From contig JAURXZ010000030.1 in the NCBI GenBank assembly GCA_030654175.1, positions 588,502-652,501 of the forward strand: a DNA stretch of 64,000 nt. Reading direction: 5' to 3'. A program made the translations under genes and the position numbers. The notes beneath the pieces were generated by a model. That model was not told the origin of the DNA. It worked only from the letters and a program-made list of their open reading frames with translations, and did no database searches. This document shows positions 9,401 through 18,969 of this stretch, one piece after another. Positions within the stretch are counted from its first letter, which is position 1; each line of letters opens with the position of its first letter. Source of the stretch: Bacteroidia bacterium (GTDB lineage: Bacteria; Bacteroidota; Bacteroidia; 2-12-FULL-35-15).

Positions 9401-9877
9401 TTAGTTTATATGAATTATAAAGTGCTTTGCTTGTAAATGAATTGATTTTAATTTATCCTCGTAATCTTCTATATCAATTGAATTGTATTGTGTTTCAAAT
9501 AGCTTGTATTTATCCGCCATACCGGAAAGAACAATGAAATAGTACATTCTCTGATACTCTTTAATAAATTCCTGATCCTTAAAATTGTCCTGGCTAATGC
9601 TTTGAAAAAATCTATTCATGTTTAGGTACAACAACGCAATTGTTTCATTATGTCGACAACTCATATCTTCCGATAATTGGCTCCCAACATAGCCCAAATA
9701 CATTGTTTCTAAATTATTTATTATTGTTTTAGGATCATCAATACTTAGTAGTTTTTCAATAGCGATCAACCTGCTTTTTTCATGTAATATTAATTTTGGC
9801 GTATTTTTCATGGCTTTAATGTTTTTAAGTGAACCAAAGACAATTAACCTGCAAATTGTCTTTGGCTTATTAATCAA
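9401..9877 (-). CDS. Hypothetical protein carried by the element
   Basis: ORF between integrase 2 and the primase gene with no recognised motif; the start may be the internal MKNTPKL. Confidence 0.4.
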   Translation of the reverse strand: MINKPKTICRLIVFGSLKNIKAMKNTPKLILHEKSRLIAIEKLLSIDDPKTIINNLETMYLGYVGSQLSEDMSCRHNETIALLYLNMNRFFQSISQDNFKDQEFIKEYQRMYYFIVLSGMADKYKLFETQYNSIDIEDYEDKLKSIHLQAKHFIIHIN

Positions 9878-9915
9878 TTTTCACATTTGCTCGCACCTGG
9901 CTAAGTGATAATTTT

Positions 9916-11214
9916 TTAGTCTAGTTTTAAATAATTAAATCCCTCCATTTCCCTTGCTATTTTGTGTTGTTGAACTTTAGCATAATACTTTTGTGTTGTT
10001 GAAGTTTTTGAATGTCCTAGCATAGCGGCAACCGTTTCTATTGATATTGTACTTTGATTCAAAATTGACGTACCGAACGTCTTTCTAGCCGTATGTGTGC
10101 TCATTAGTTTAGCATCAATTCCGGTAAGCAATGCTATTTCTTTTAAAAAACGGTTCATTATTTGGTTTGAATAAACTGGTAAGACTCCATTATTTTTAAC
10201 CTCTATATCCAAGTCATTGATATTTGAATATCTATTTAATATTTCCATTGCTTCAGGCAAAATTGGTATTGTAGCCTTAATAGATGATTTTTGCCTATTA
10301 ATCAATATCCAGTATTTGCCTCCGGTATCAAGATGAATATGCTCTCTTTTTAAGTTATACAAATCAACGTAAGCTAATCCTGTATAACACTGAAATAAAA
10401 AGCAATCCTTTGTTTTTTGAAGTGGAACAGAAGCGAAATTTTTTTCTTGTAGTATTTTCACTTCATTTATTGAAAGTGATTTTATTTCTTTATTCTTATC
10501 CTTTTTTACTTTGTAACCCGCTAAAAAATTTGTGTGGATATATTCCTGAGTTACTGCATAGTTCAGTACTGATTTGTAAAGAAAAAGGATCTTGCAAAAA
10601 TAATTATTACTAAACTTTTTTGTGGTTTTACAATACACATAAAATTCATCAACTATTTTTTCTCTCATGTCAGTAATTTCAATATCTAACCGTTGATACT
10701 TGATTTTTAAAAAATCACGGAAGAGTTTACAATGAGCAACTTTTGAATTATATGTTCGTTGCCCGAAATCAATATCTATTAAGCTTTCCTGCCTCTCTAA
10801 GAATTTGCTAAAACATTCCATAAAGGATGGAAAAACAGGAACAGCAGAAAATAATTGTTTTTTAATGGCGTTTGAAGAAAGCCCTTTCCCCTGTAAAACA
10901 AGGTCGGTTTCAATCTGTAAAATTCTAGTTTTCATCAGACCTAATTGGGTTCGATAACTTTCGGTATCGGCCTTATTTTCCATGTTAATACGTCCCGAAT
11001 CCCATTCTTTTCTCGTAAGGGAAATACCGGTGCTTAACTCCACTCTTTTACCTGCCAATGTGATCCTACAAACCACAGGTGATTTGTCCTTTCGATTCAT
11101 TTTTTTTGTTGAAAGAAATAGAAGAATACGAGCCTTTGCCCGGGATGGACTAATTTTTTTTATATCATTACTGATACTGGGCAAAAAACTTTGTATTTTT
11201 GTTTCTGTTATCAT
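9916..11214 (-). CDS. Tyrosine site-specific integrase (phage-integrase family); the true start is probably the internal ATG near 11100 (MNRKDKSPVVCRITLAGKR...)
   Basis: C-terminal catalytic motifs HTARKTFGTSIL and LGHSKTSTTQKYYAKV (R..H..R..Y). The N-terminal arm-binding region is typical of Bacteroidota integrases. Confidence 0.85.
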   Translation of the reverse strand: MITETKIQSFLPSISNDIKKISPSRAKARILLFLSTKKMNRKDKSPVVCRITLAGKRVELSTGISLTRKEWDSGRINMENKADTESYRTQLGLMKTRILQIETDLVLQGKGLSSNAIKKQLFSAVPVFPSFMECFSKFLERQESLIDIDFGQRTYNSKVAHCKLFRDFLKIKYQRLDIEITDMREKIVDEFYVYCKTTKKFSNNYFCKILFLYKSVLNYAVTQEYIHTNFLAGYKVKKDKNKEIKSLSINEVKILQEKNFASVPLQKTKDCFLFQCYTGLAYVDLYNLKREHIHLDTGGKYWILINRQKSSIKATIPILPEAMEILNRYSNINDLDIEVKNNGVLPVYSNQIMNRFLKEIALLTGIDAKLMSTHTARKTFGTSILNQSTISIETVAAMLGHSKTSTTQKYYAKVQQHKIAREMEGFNYLKLD

Positions 11215-11263
11215 AACTTTATGTATTTAAGGTTTAATTAAGCCCTCTGTGTGCCGCCAAGCT

Positions 11264-11536
11264 CTAGAGGGTTTTTTTATTGCTATTTTTTATATTTCCC
11301 ATTAAATTTTGAATTATTTCACTTGAATTAGATTGAAGTTTTTCAAGTGCTTTTACTCTATCATTATTTGAATTGTCTTTCAAATCTTCTATTGCTTCAC
11401 TCAATTCTTTTAGGTATGCACTATATTTCATAAGGTTTTCATTGTCGAAATAAATACATTCCGAAACTAAAAAATACGTTAATTCATATTCTGTATTTTC
11501 AGTAAATTTTGTCTGTTTATATTGGCTTCTACTCAT
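11264..11536 (-). CDS. Hypothetical small protein
   Basis: 90-aa ORF, predicted helical and charged, no recognised motif. Confidence 0.35.
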   Translation of the reverse strand: MSRSQYKQTKFTENTEYELTYFLVSECIYFDNENLMKYSAYLKELSEAIEDLKDNSNNDRVKALEKLQSNSSEIIQNLMGNIKNSNKKTL

Positions 11537-11576
11537 TTGGAATTTTTTTTTAAATCAGCGAAATATGATTTTTGGT

Positions 11577-11837
11577 TTAACAATTATTGTCCTTCTTATA
11601 GCGTAGGACTTCCGCTTCCGTAATTTTTTTACATCTTTTACCTATTGCTTTCAGTGTACCTTTTCTAATATGGTAATTGACTCCCTGGGCGGTTAATTTT
11701 AGCATTGTGGCAACTTGTTTAACCGTTAGTAGTTTTTCTACCTGGCTTTGTTTTTGTTGCTCAATAATGCCGTTAAATTTATTTTCCAATACTTCAAACT
11801 TATTTTTAAGGTCTTGGATTTCCGTTTCTATTGCCAT
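11577..11837 (-). CDS. Small helix-turn-helix DNA-binding protein (excisionase-like)
   Basis: LLTVKQVATMLKLTAQGVNYHIRKGTLKAIGKR is an HTH motif typical of Xis/MerR-like excisionases. An N-terminal coiled-coil is predicted. Confidence 0.6.
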   Translation of the reverse strand: MAIETEIQDLKNKFEVLENKFNGIIEQQKQSQVEKLLTVKQVATMLKLTAQGVNYHIRKGTLKAIGKRCKKITEAEVLRYKKDNNC

Positions 11838-11866
11838 AGCTGTTTAGTTTATGAATGGTTTTACTC

Positions 11867-12112
11867 TTATTGTTTTTCATTTAGCCCTAAAAGAGTTATG
11901 ACATCTTGCTTTTTATAATAGCACTTACATTGTTTTGATGTGCCTATCTTTTTTACTGGTAGCTTCCCCTCTCTCACATATCTATCAATTGATGAAGTGT
12001 GAACCTGTAATAGTTCGGCCACTTCATTTTTGGTCATTAAGCCCAATTCATCTAAAAGGATTTCATCTCTTTTGGTTAGCTCTTTTTTTTCTACATTTGT
12101 TTCTTTTTTCAT
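11867..12112 (-). CDS. Small helix-turn-helix DNA-binding protein (excisionase-like)
   Basis: MTKNEVAELLQVHTSSIDRYVREGKLPVKKIG is an HTH_17/excisionase-like motif. Confidence 0.6.
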   Translation of the reverse strand: MKKETNVEKKELTKRDEILLDELGLMTKNEVAELLQVHTSSIDRYVREGKLPVKKIGTSKQCKCYYKKQDVITLLGLNEKQ

Positions 12113-12253
12113 TGTTTTATATAGTTAGTAATGTTGTATGTTGGTTAATATTCAACAATGATACAATTATTAATTGTTAATAAACAACAATAAATTAAAC
12201 AAACTCAATTAATTATTGTTAATAAGTGGTTTTTTACTGTAAAATATAGGGTT

Positions 12254-12781
12254 ATGGATGTGAATAAAAAAATTTTAGAATATTTAAAAAAGGAAAGAAT
12301 TTCCCAATCTGAATTGGCGGATAAGACAGGTATTACCCAGCAAAATTTAAACAGATTGCTTAATGCTGAAAACATAAAAGTAAGCCAGATGCTTGAAATA
12401 ACAAAGGCTTTGGAGTTACCATCAACGTATTTTATTGATGGTAAAGTGCAAGCAAAAAATGATGAAATTGAATGGAGAAACAAGAGAATTGAAGAGCTTG
12501 AAGAAATGCTTCGGGATAAAAATCTTATTATAAATGAAAGAAGAAGATACGAAGATCAAAGGTTGTTTGATGCTGTTTTGTCTTTATTAGACCTTGAATT
12601 TAAGAATGTAAAAGCAAATACAAAAAAAGAAATTTTAGAACAATTTAGAAAAAGCATTGGGGATCTTGCTTGGATAGTTGAAACACCAATTAATTTTATC
12701 ACTGATGAAAAGATGAGAAATATTATTGTAAAAGAAATCCAGGAAAGGATTATAAAAATTGAGAACAAAAAATCGAAATAG
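12254..12781 (+). CDS. XRE-family HTH transcriptional regulator with a C-terminal coiled-coil
   Basis: LKKERISQSELADKTGITQQNLNRLLNAENIKVSQMLEITKAL is a classic XRE HTH. It is transcribed divergently from the integrase and Xis genes. Confidence 0.75.
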   Translation: MDVNKKILEYLKKERISQSELADKTGITQQNLNRLLNAENIKVSQMLEITKALELPSTYFIDGKVQAKNDEIEWRNKRIEELEEMLRDKNLIINERRRYEDQRLFDAVLSLLDLEFKNVKANTKKEILEQFRKSIGDLAWIVETPINFITDEKMRNIIVKEIQERIIKIENKKSK

Positions 12782-12898
12782 TTCAGAAAAGAACAAAAGG
12801 AATTAATGAAACGTATATCGGCATTAATTTTATTGATAACCACTGCCTACCAAACTTTTGCAAAGAAAAATTACAAAGAAAAATTCATACCAACAACG

Positions 12899-14161
12899 TC
12901 AACAACGCTTAATTTGAAAGCCATTTGCATTACTTTGGCAAATTGTGGTTGAAACCATTTTCAAAGGCTCTTTTACAATATTAAGGGCTATATTAAACAT
13001 ATCCGCATCCCTATTAACCTTTGTATCAATAATTCTAGCGTAAATACTTGTCTGTTTTAAATCTTTATGTCCTAATAGCTTTGAAACCGTTTCAAACGGT
13101 ACATTAAGCGTAAGTGCTAATGTGCCAAAGGTGTGCCGGGAACAATGAAAGGTCATTTTCTTATTTATTCCTGCCTTAATGCAACTCCTTTTTAAATTAC
13201 GGTTTACAACCTGGTTGCAAGGCATTTTAAACACTGTTTGTTCAGGGTGTGGAGCAATACCCTGTAAAGCTGAATCCGGCTGTAAAAACGCTTTAGCCTT
13301 ATCCGGTAATTTCATTGTAATTACTTCTTTTGTTTTGTGCATCCTTATTGATAAAAAACCATTGTCGATGTCTTTATATCGCAGTAATTTGGCATCCGTA
13401 AAGCGTATTCCGGTATAGCAACAAAATAAAAATGCCCTGAGTGTCTTTTTGGGTTCGTCCTGATCCCGGAGATTATAATAATAGGTAGTAAGATTATCTA
13501 TTTCTTTTTCAAGCAAATATTCTCTTTGAGTGTTTTCGGTCTTTAAACGCTTCAAACTGAAAGGGTATTTATCAATTAATCCCTGTTTTCTAGCCCTGTT
13601 TATAAAGGTTCTTATAAATTTCAGGGAACGGTGTATTGTATTTACCATGTTACCAAGGTCGTTCCGCATATATTTTTCGTAATCGTCTAAAAACCGAAGG
13701 GTAATATCACTGAACAAAATAGAAGGCTTATAGCGCTTTAGTTTGGATAAGTCTTTACCATAACCGATTATAGTGCCTTCGCTTTTATTTCGGATAAGTT
13801 TTTCCTCTTTAATTTCATTTTCTACAAAATCAATGAAGCTTGCCGTTTTTTCATATCCAAACTCATGCTCAAAATCTCCAAGCGTAAGTAACTGATTACT
13901 GTTTTTGAATCTTAGGATTATAGTATCAGCAAGGAGTTTCTTATTACCTATTACCTGGTTAATCTTATCGGAATCGGGGTAACTACGTTTTACCTGTTCT
14001 TTGGCGGCATCCCAAAATAATTGTGGACAATATTCAGCCAATGAAATATCCTTTTTGCGCCCTGCAATTTTTAAACGAAGTAATATAACGCGGGTACTAT
14101 CCTTGCGCATAGCATCTTTGCGAAGGGTCAGGTGAGCTGTGTTGTTTGAAATTGGTTTCAT
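12899..14161 (-). CDS. Tyrosine site-specific integrase adjacent to tRNA-Arg
   Basis: C-terminal motifs HCSRHTFGTLAL and LGHKDLKQTSIYARI (R..H..R..Y). It lies immediately next to the tRNA 3' end, a typical attachment site. Confidence 0.85.
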   Translation of the reverse strand: MKPISNNTAHLTLRKDAMRKDSTRVILLRLKIAGRKKDISLAEYCPQLFWDAAKEQVKRSYPDSDKINQVIGNKKLLADTIILRFKNSNQLLTLGDFEHEFGYEKTASFIDFVENEIKEEKLIRNKSEGTIIGYGKDLSKLKRYKPSILFSDITLRFLDDYEKYMRNDLGNMVNTIHRSLKFIRTFINRARKQGLIDKYPFSLKRLKTENTQREYLLEKEIDNLTTYYYNLRDQDEPKKTLRAFLFCCYTGIRFTDAKLLRYKDIDNGFLSIRMHKTKEVITMKLPDKAKAFLQPDSALQGIAPHPEQTVFKMPCNQVVNRNLKRSCIKAGINKKMTFHCSRHTFGTLALTLNVPFETVSKLLGHKDLKQTSIYARIIDTKVNRDADMFNIALNIVKEPLKMVSTTICQSNANGFQIKRC

Positions 14162-14297
14162 AGTTTTTGTGAACTATTTGTGAACCAATTTCGCTGATTT
14201 TAGATGTTTTACAACCTTTGTAAAATCAGGGGATTTCCAAAACCCCTGATTTTACTAAGTTTACTAACGTAAAGTTTCTCCAACGTTAGTATTTTAG

Positions 14298-14371
14298 TGG
14301 TCGCGAAGGGATTCAAACCCCTAGCCTTCTGATCCGTAGTCAGACGCTCTATTCAATTGAGCTACGCAACC
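14298..14371 (-). tRNA. tRNA-Arg (anticodon ACG), 74 nt, no encoded CCA
   Basis: The reverse complement folds as a cloverleaf: acceptor GGTTGCG/CGCGACC, D-arm GCTC-AATTGAATA-GAGC, anticodon arm TCTGA-CTACGGA-TCAGA (anticodon ACG), variable loop AGGCT, T-arm AGGGG-TTTGAAT-CCCTT, discriminator A. Confidence 0.8.
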
Positions 14372-14515
14372 ATTTTGCTTTTAAAAGCGCTGCAAAGATA
14401 AGCAAAATTTTATATCAAAAGCCGATAATTCGTATTTTCTTATAAAAAGAAGAACATGTTTCCAGGTATTTTATTTATAATACATTTGTATTAAACTAAT
14501 TAAACCCTAAAAAAC

Positions 14516-15457
14516 ATGATCCCAACTATTCCTATTATTATAAGCGTATTTGTTTTGCTTATCCTGTTTCTTTCCTTTGTAACTGTTGCCCAAGGTACTA
14601 TTGGCGTTGTTACTATATTTGGTAAATTCCGCAGGATCATGGGTCCGGGCTTAAACATGAAGATCCCATTTATTGAAGTGATACACAAGCGTATCTCTAT
14701 TCAAAACCGCTCCGTAGAGCTTGAATTTCAAGCCATTACAATTGACCAGGCGAATGTTTATTTTAAAGCGATGTTGCTTTATTCAGTACTCGACCAACAA
14801 GAAAATACCATTAAGAATGTAGCTTTCAAATTCATTGATGAGCGGAGTTTTATGCAAGCGCTTATCCGCACAATAGAAGGCTCCATCCGTGGTTTTGTTG
14901 CAATAAAAAAGCAAGCTGAAGTATTGGGATTAAGAAAAGACATAACTGAGCATGTAAAAGAACAAATTGATAAAATACTGGAGGAGTGGGGCTTTCACTT
15001 ACAGGATCTTCAATTGAACGACATCACTTTTGATGAAGCAATTATTTTATCCATGTCGAAAGTAGTTGCCTCAAACAATTTGAAAGCTGCTGCCGAAAAT
15101 GAAGGGCAGGCTTTACTTATCACAAAAACTAAATCGGCTGAGGCTGATGGTAATGCTACCAGGATTGCTGCAACCGCAGAAAAAGAAGCGGCACAACTAC
15201 GCGGACAAGGTGTTGCGCTTTTCAGACAAGAAGTGGCCAAAGGTATGAGTGAAGCGGCTAAAGAGATGGAACAAGCTAATTTAGATACTTCTGTAATTTT
15301 ATTTTCGATGTGGACAGAAGCTATTAAAAACTTTGCTGAATACGGAAAAGGAAATGTTATTTTCTTAGATGGATCAAGCGATGGTATGCAACGTACCATG
15401 AAAGAGATGATGGCCATGAGTTCACTGATGGAATCTAAAAAAGGCAATACTCCATAG
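14516..15457 (+). CDS. SPFH/band-7 (prohibitin/HflK-like) membrane protein
   Basis: N-terminal TM segment followed by a band-7 core (QGTIGVVTIFGKFRRIMGPGLNMKIPFIEV...) and a coiled-coil alanine-rich C-terminus. Confidence 0.75.
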   Translation: MIPTIPIIISVFVLLILFLSFVTVAQGTIGVVTIFGKFRRIMGPGLNMKIPFIEVIHKRISIQNRSVELEFQAITIDQANVYFKAMLLYSVLDQQENTIKNVAFKFIDERSFMQALIRTIEGSIRGFVAIKKQAEVLGLRKDITEHVKEQIDKILEEWGFHLQDLQLNDITFDEAIILSMSKVVASNNLKAAAENEGQALLITKTKSAEADGNATRIAATAEKEAAQLRGQGVALFRQEVAKGMSEAAKEMEQANLDTSVILFSMWTEAIKNFAEYGKGNVIFLDGSSDGMQRTMKEMMAMSSLMESKKGNTP

Positions 15458-15574
15458 GTAAATCATAAATAACAATACTGAATCTGGTAAAAATGTTTCA
15501 GAATTTTTTGTGTTAAAATTAAAAGGTATGTTTTTCAAAGAATACTAAATTAAAATTCATTGGACGTACACCTT

Positions 15575-15618
15575 TCTTATCAGCCCCTTTCCTTCTCCAG
15601 ATATGGAGATGGGAAGGG
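15575..15618 (+). terminator. Intrinsic terminator after the SPFH gene (CCCCTTTCCTTCTCC-agatat-GGAGATGGGAAGGGG followed by TTTTT)
   Basis: Roughly 15-bp imperfect GC-rich stem plus a U-run, read from the sequence. Confidence 0.7.
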
Positions 15619-15967
15619 GTTTTTAATTTCGAAAAAGACAGCAAACTTCCAATACTGTCTCAATCCTACTACCTTCAATAAAACCTCTTTTTCAGGAATC
15701 AATTTATGCAAAAGAACAATCATTTTTCAGAACATGTGAATGATGTAAGTCTTTCCTGAAATTCCGTAATACTTTCATTTTTTTTAAAACTCACCTTTGA
15801 TCATTGATATAAATTCGGGAATCACAATTATTCAGGTTATTATGATTTGTGAGTATAAAATTTTTGTTCAAAATAAAATGTTAATAGGTGACATAAGTCA
15901 CAGTTAAATACATTTTATTGTTTGACTTTTGTTATATAAATTATTAACCATACAAATCACTATTAAA

Positions 15968-16354
15968 ATGAGTTATTATTTTTCAAAGATCGTCAATTAT
16001 GATTTTGACACAGCAATTACGAGAGTTGCTGAAGAACTAAAAAAAGAAGGTTTCGGTGTACTCACCGAAATTGATGTGAAAGAAACATTTAAAAAGAAAC
16101 TCGACATTGATTTTAAAAAATACCGAATCCTTGGCGCTTGCAATCCACATTTTGCTCATGAAGCAATACTTAAAGAAGACAAAATAGGCACGATGCTTCC
16201 TTGTAATGTAATTGTACAGGAGCATGAGAACGGAAAAGTAGAAGTTACTGCTGTTGACCCTGTTGCTTCGATGATGGCAGTAAAAAATGATTCGCTTGGC
16301 CATATAGCTTTGCAGGTAAGAGAAAAGCTTAACAAAGTGATAGAAAATCTTTAA
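15968..16354 (+). CDS. DUF302 family protein
   Basis: The ILGACNPHFAHEAL...GTMLPCNVIVQE...VEVTAVDP block matches DUF302. The track start at 15929 is a TTG; the ATG at 15968 (MSYYFSK) is the more likely start. Confidence 0.7.
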   Translation: MSYYFSKIVNYDFDTAITRVAEELKKEGFGVLTEIDVKETFKKKLDIDFKKYRILGACNPHFAHEAILKEDKIGTMLPCNVIVQEHENGKVEVTAVDPVASMMAVKNDSLGHIALQVREKLNKVIENL

Positions 16355-16522
16355 TTCAAATTTTTTTTATCGAAACCCATTGTTATTTGATGTGATTGGT
16401 TATTGTCGTCAAATGTATTTTTCGACAAATTTTGAAAATAATTTCAACTATGTAACAAAAGTCACTGTACAGCAAAATCTACCCCACTACCTTTGTAATA
16501 CTAAATTTAAAAAACAAACAAA

Positions 16523-17890
16523 ATGGAAATCAAACAATTTGAGGATAAAAATTTAGCTCATTACTCTTATGCCATTGTAAGCAATGGAGAAATCGCTCTA
16601 ATAGATCCCGCAAGAAATCCTCAAGCCTATTATGATTTTGCAAAACAACAAAATGCTAAAATTACAGCAGTGATTGAAACACATCCTCATGCCGATTTTG
16701 TGAGCAGTCATTTGGAAATACACGAAACAACCGGTGCAACTATATACTCAAGCATATTATTAGGAGCCGAATATCCTCATAAAACTTTTGATGAAGGAGA
16801 TACAATTGATTTAGGCAAAATCACATTAAGATCATTAAATACGCCAGGGCATTCTCCTGATAGTATAAGTATTGTTGCTATTGATGAAAATGGAAAAGAA
16901 AAAGCAGTCTTCACCGGTGACACATTATTTATTGGTGATTGTGGAAGGCCTGACCTGAGAGAACAAGCCGGTGCAATTACAGCAGCGCGCGCTGATCTGG
17001 CAAAGCAGATGTATCATTCACTCCGCACTAAATTAATGACCTTGCCCGATGATGTGCTTTTATATCCTGCACATGGTGCCGGCAGCTTATGTGGAAAAGG
17101 TTTGAATGATCAAAGCAGCAGTACTATTGGTGCAGAAAAAATTGGTAATTGGTGCTTGCAAAATAAAAGTGAAACGGATTTTGTAAAAGAACTATTGGCG
17201 GATCAACCTTTTATTCCAAAGTACTTTCCGTTTGATGTTGCAGTGAATAAAAAAGGTGCAGAAGCATTTCAAACAAGCATTTCAAAAGTAGAGAAAAGAG
17301 AACCGGTTACCTGTAAAGGTTGTGCAAATTCACTTGATCCCGAAATTATAATAGTTGACACAAGACCTCAGGAACAATTCAAAAAAGCGCATTTGAAAAA
17401 TGCGATCAACCTGATGAATGATACAAAATTTGAAACCTGGTTGGGCAGCATCGTAAATCCGAATGAAAAATTTTATCTGGCTGCTGAAAATGAAGATGTT
17501 TTAAATCAACTGATTGAACGCTGCGCAAAAATTGGTTACGAAAAACAAATTGAAATGGCTTTTGTTTCAAATTACGGAACCATTGAAATGCCAAAGTTTG
17601 ACAGCAGTCAATTATTAAGCAACGAGGAAGCATTTACCATCATTGATGTCCGCAACGATTCGGAAGTAAAAACACAGGAGATCTTTGCAAATTCAATTCA
17701 CATACCTTTGCATGAACTTAGGGAGCGCACCAATGAAATACCGGTAAACAAACCAATAGTGGTTCATTGTGCTGCAGGTTACCGAAGCGCAGCAGGGAGC
17801 AGCATTATCCAATCTAAATTAAAAGAAAAAGCACAAGTATTTGACCTGGGCGAAGACGTAAAAAAATTCAAACATGAACTTCATAAATAA
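16523..17890 (+). CDS. Persulfide dioxygenase (MBL-fold, ETHE1-like) fused to rhodanese domain(s), CstB-like
   Basis: HPHADFVSSH (HxHxDH) metallo-beta-lactamase fold. C-terminal rhodanese with active-site Cys in HCAAGYRSAAGS, plus an internal rhodanese-like region. Confidence 0.8.
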   Translation: MEIKQFEDKNLAHYSYAIVSNGEIALIDPARNPQAYYDFAKQQNAKITAVIETHPHADFVSSHLEIHETTGATIYSSILLGAEYPHKTFDEGDTIDLGKITLRSLNTPGHSPDSISIVAIDENGKEKAVFTGDTLFIGDCGRPDLREQAGAITAARADLAKQMYHSLRTKLMTLPDDVLLYPAHGAGSLCGKGLNDQSSSTIGAEKIGNWCLQNKSETDFVKELLADQPFIPKYFPFDVAVNKKGAEAFQTSISKVEKREPVTCKGCANSLDPEIIIVDTRPQEQFKKAHLKNAINLMNDTKFETWLGSIVNPNEKFYLAAENEDVLNQLIERCAKIGYEKQIEMAFVSNYGTIEMPKFDSSQLLSNEEAFTIIDVRNDSEVKTQEIFANSIHIPLHELRERTNEIPVNKPIVVHCAAGYRSAAGSSIIQSKLKEKAQVFDLGEDVKKFKHELHK

Positions 17891-18083
17891 TCATAAACTC
17901 ACACTAATAGGAATCGTTATTGGAGCTATTGCCGGCTACCTCTACTACTATTATGTTGGCTGTGCAAGCGGCACCTGCGCCATCACATCAAAGCCTTTGA
18001 ACAGTACATTATATGGCGCGATGATGGGTGGGCTATTATTAAATTTATTTAAAAAAGAAAAAACTAAAACAGAAGAAAAATGA
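17874..18083 (+). CDS. Small membrane protein with a CxxxxC motif (hypothetical)
   Basis: 69 aa, two TM segments, CASGTCAI motif. Overlaps the upstream gene end and the downstream gene start (ATGA). Confidence 0.5.
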   Translation: MNFINNHKLTLIGIVIGAIAGYLYYYYVGCASGTCAITSKPLNSTLYGAMMGGLLLNLFKKEKTKTEEK

Positions 18084-18352
18084 AAACAGACGAAATCACT
18101 GTTGCCAATTTAAAATGCAACGGTTGTGCTTCAACAATTAAAAAAGAATTGTTAAAGATCGAAGGTATAAAAAGTGTAGAAGTTGCAATTGAAAAAGATA
18201 CCATCACATTATCACATGAAAATGTTTCCAGAGACACCATAATAAACAAACTTCATTCACTTGGTTACCCCGAGGCAACTGAAAAAAATGGTTTACTATT
18301 ACAATTGAAAAGTTATACCAGCTGTATGATCGGAAAAATTAATACTATTTAA
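18080..18352 (+). CDS. Heavy-metal-associated (HMA) domain protein, CopZ-like, with the variant metal-binding motif CNGC
   Basis: ANLKCNGCASTIKKELLKIEGIKSVEVAIEKDTITL matches the HMA ferredoxin-like fold. Confidence 0.7.
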   Translation: MKTDEITVANLKCNGCASTIKKELLKIEGIKSVEVAIEKDTITLSHENVSRDTIINKLHSLGYPEATEKNGLLLQLKSYTSCMIGKINTI

Positions 18353-18362
18353 AAGGATAGAA

Positions 18363-18647
18363 ATGAATATCGAAAAAATCATTAAAGAAAAACAAGGCAC
18401 CATCGTAGATGTGCGTTCAGCAGAAGAATTCAGCGGTGGACATGTTGCAGGCTCCATCAATATTCCATTGCAGGAAATTCCGCAACGGATAGAAGAAATA
18501 AAAAACCTAAAAACCCCTTTAGTTCTGTGTTGTGCCTCCGGTAACCGAAGCGGACAAGCGCACCGCTATCTTATACAACAAGGCATTGAATGTTACAATG
18601 GCGGCTCTTGGCAAGACGTAAATCAGTATCAACCACAAACACTTTAA
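18363..18647 (+). CDS. Single-domain rhodanese (sulfurtransferase)
   Basis: VDVRSAEEFSGGHVAGSINIP...CCASGNRSGQA, rhodanese active-site loop. Confidence 0.85.
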   Translation: MNIEKIIKEKQGTIVDVRSAEEFSGGHVAGSINIPLQEIPQRIEEIKNLKTPLVLCCASGNRSGQAHRYLIQQGIECYNGGSWQDVNQYQPQTL

Positions 18648-18651
18648 TAAA

Positions 18652-18969
18652 ATGTTAAACACAATAAAAAAAATATTTGGAATCGGTCCCAAAGTGGACT
18701 ATGCAGAACTAGTAAAAAAAGGAGCCATCATTTTGGATGTTCGCAGTAGTGGTGAATATTCAGGCGGGCATGTAAAAGGATCAATTAATATTCCGGTGGA
18801 CCAGTTGAATAAAAACTTAAGCAAACTGAAAGACAAAAACAAACCCATCATTACCGTTTGCGCATCGGGTATGCGAAGCGCATCAGCAAAAAGTATTCTA
18901 AAATCAAATGGCTATACTCAGGTATACAATGGTGGCAGTTGGGGTAGCCTGCAAAACAAATTAAGATGA
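18652..18969 (+). CDS. Single-domain rhodanese (sulfurtransferase)
   Basis: LDVRSSGEYSGGHVKGSINIP...CASGMRSASA. Confidence 0.85.
   Translation: MLNTIKKIFGIGPKVDYAELVKKGAIILDVRSSGEYSGGHVKGSINIPVDQLNKNLSKLKDKNKPIITVCASGMRSASAKSILKSNGYTQVYNGGSWGSLQNKLR

Larger units (their letters stand above)
5561..14312. mobile_element. Integrated ~8.7-kb element inserted at the 3' end of tRNA-Arg(ACG). It is bounded by 18-bp direct repeats and carries two tyrosine integrases, HTH/excisionase-like genes, an XRE regulator, a primase-helicase and an iteron array.
   Basis: The direct repeat of the tRNA 3' end is present at both borders. An integrase gene abuts the tRNA. The gene content is typical of integrative or satellite-like elements. 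Confidence 0.7.

Noticed and set aside
11215-11263. Hairpin CCCTCT...AGAGGG followed by a T-run between integrase 2 and the 90-aa ORF, considered as an internal att site
   Set aside because: It has no similarity to the tRNA-derived att core. It is more consistent with a plus-strand or bidirectional terminator; the T-run is on the plus strand, while the flanking genes are on the minus strand. The evidence is too weak to call.
15010-15447. 145-aa minus-strand ORF fully inside the SPFH gene
   Set aside because: It is antisense to a well-supported band-7 coding sequence, and its Ala/Ser-rich translation mirrors the alanine-rich coiled-coil on the sense strand.
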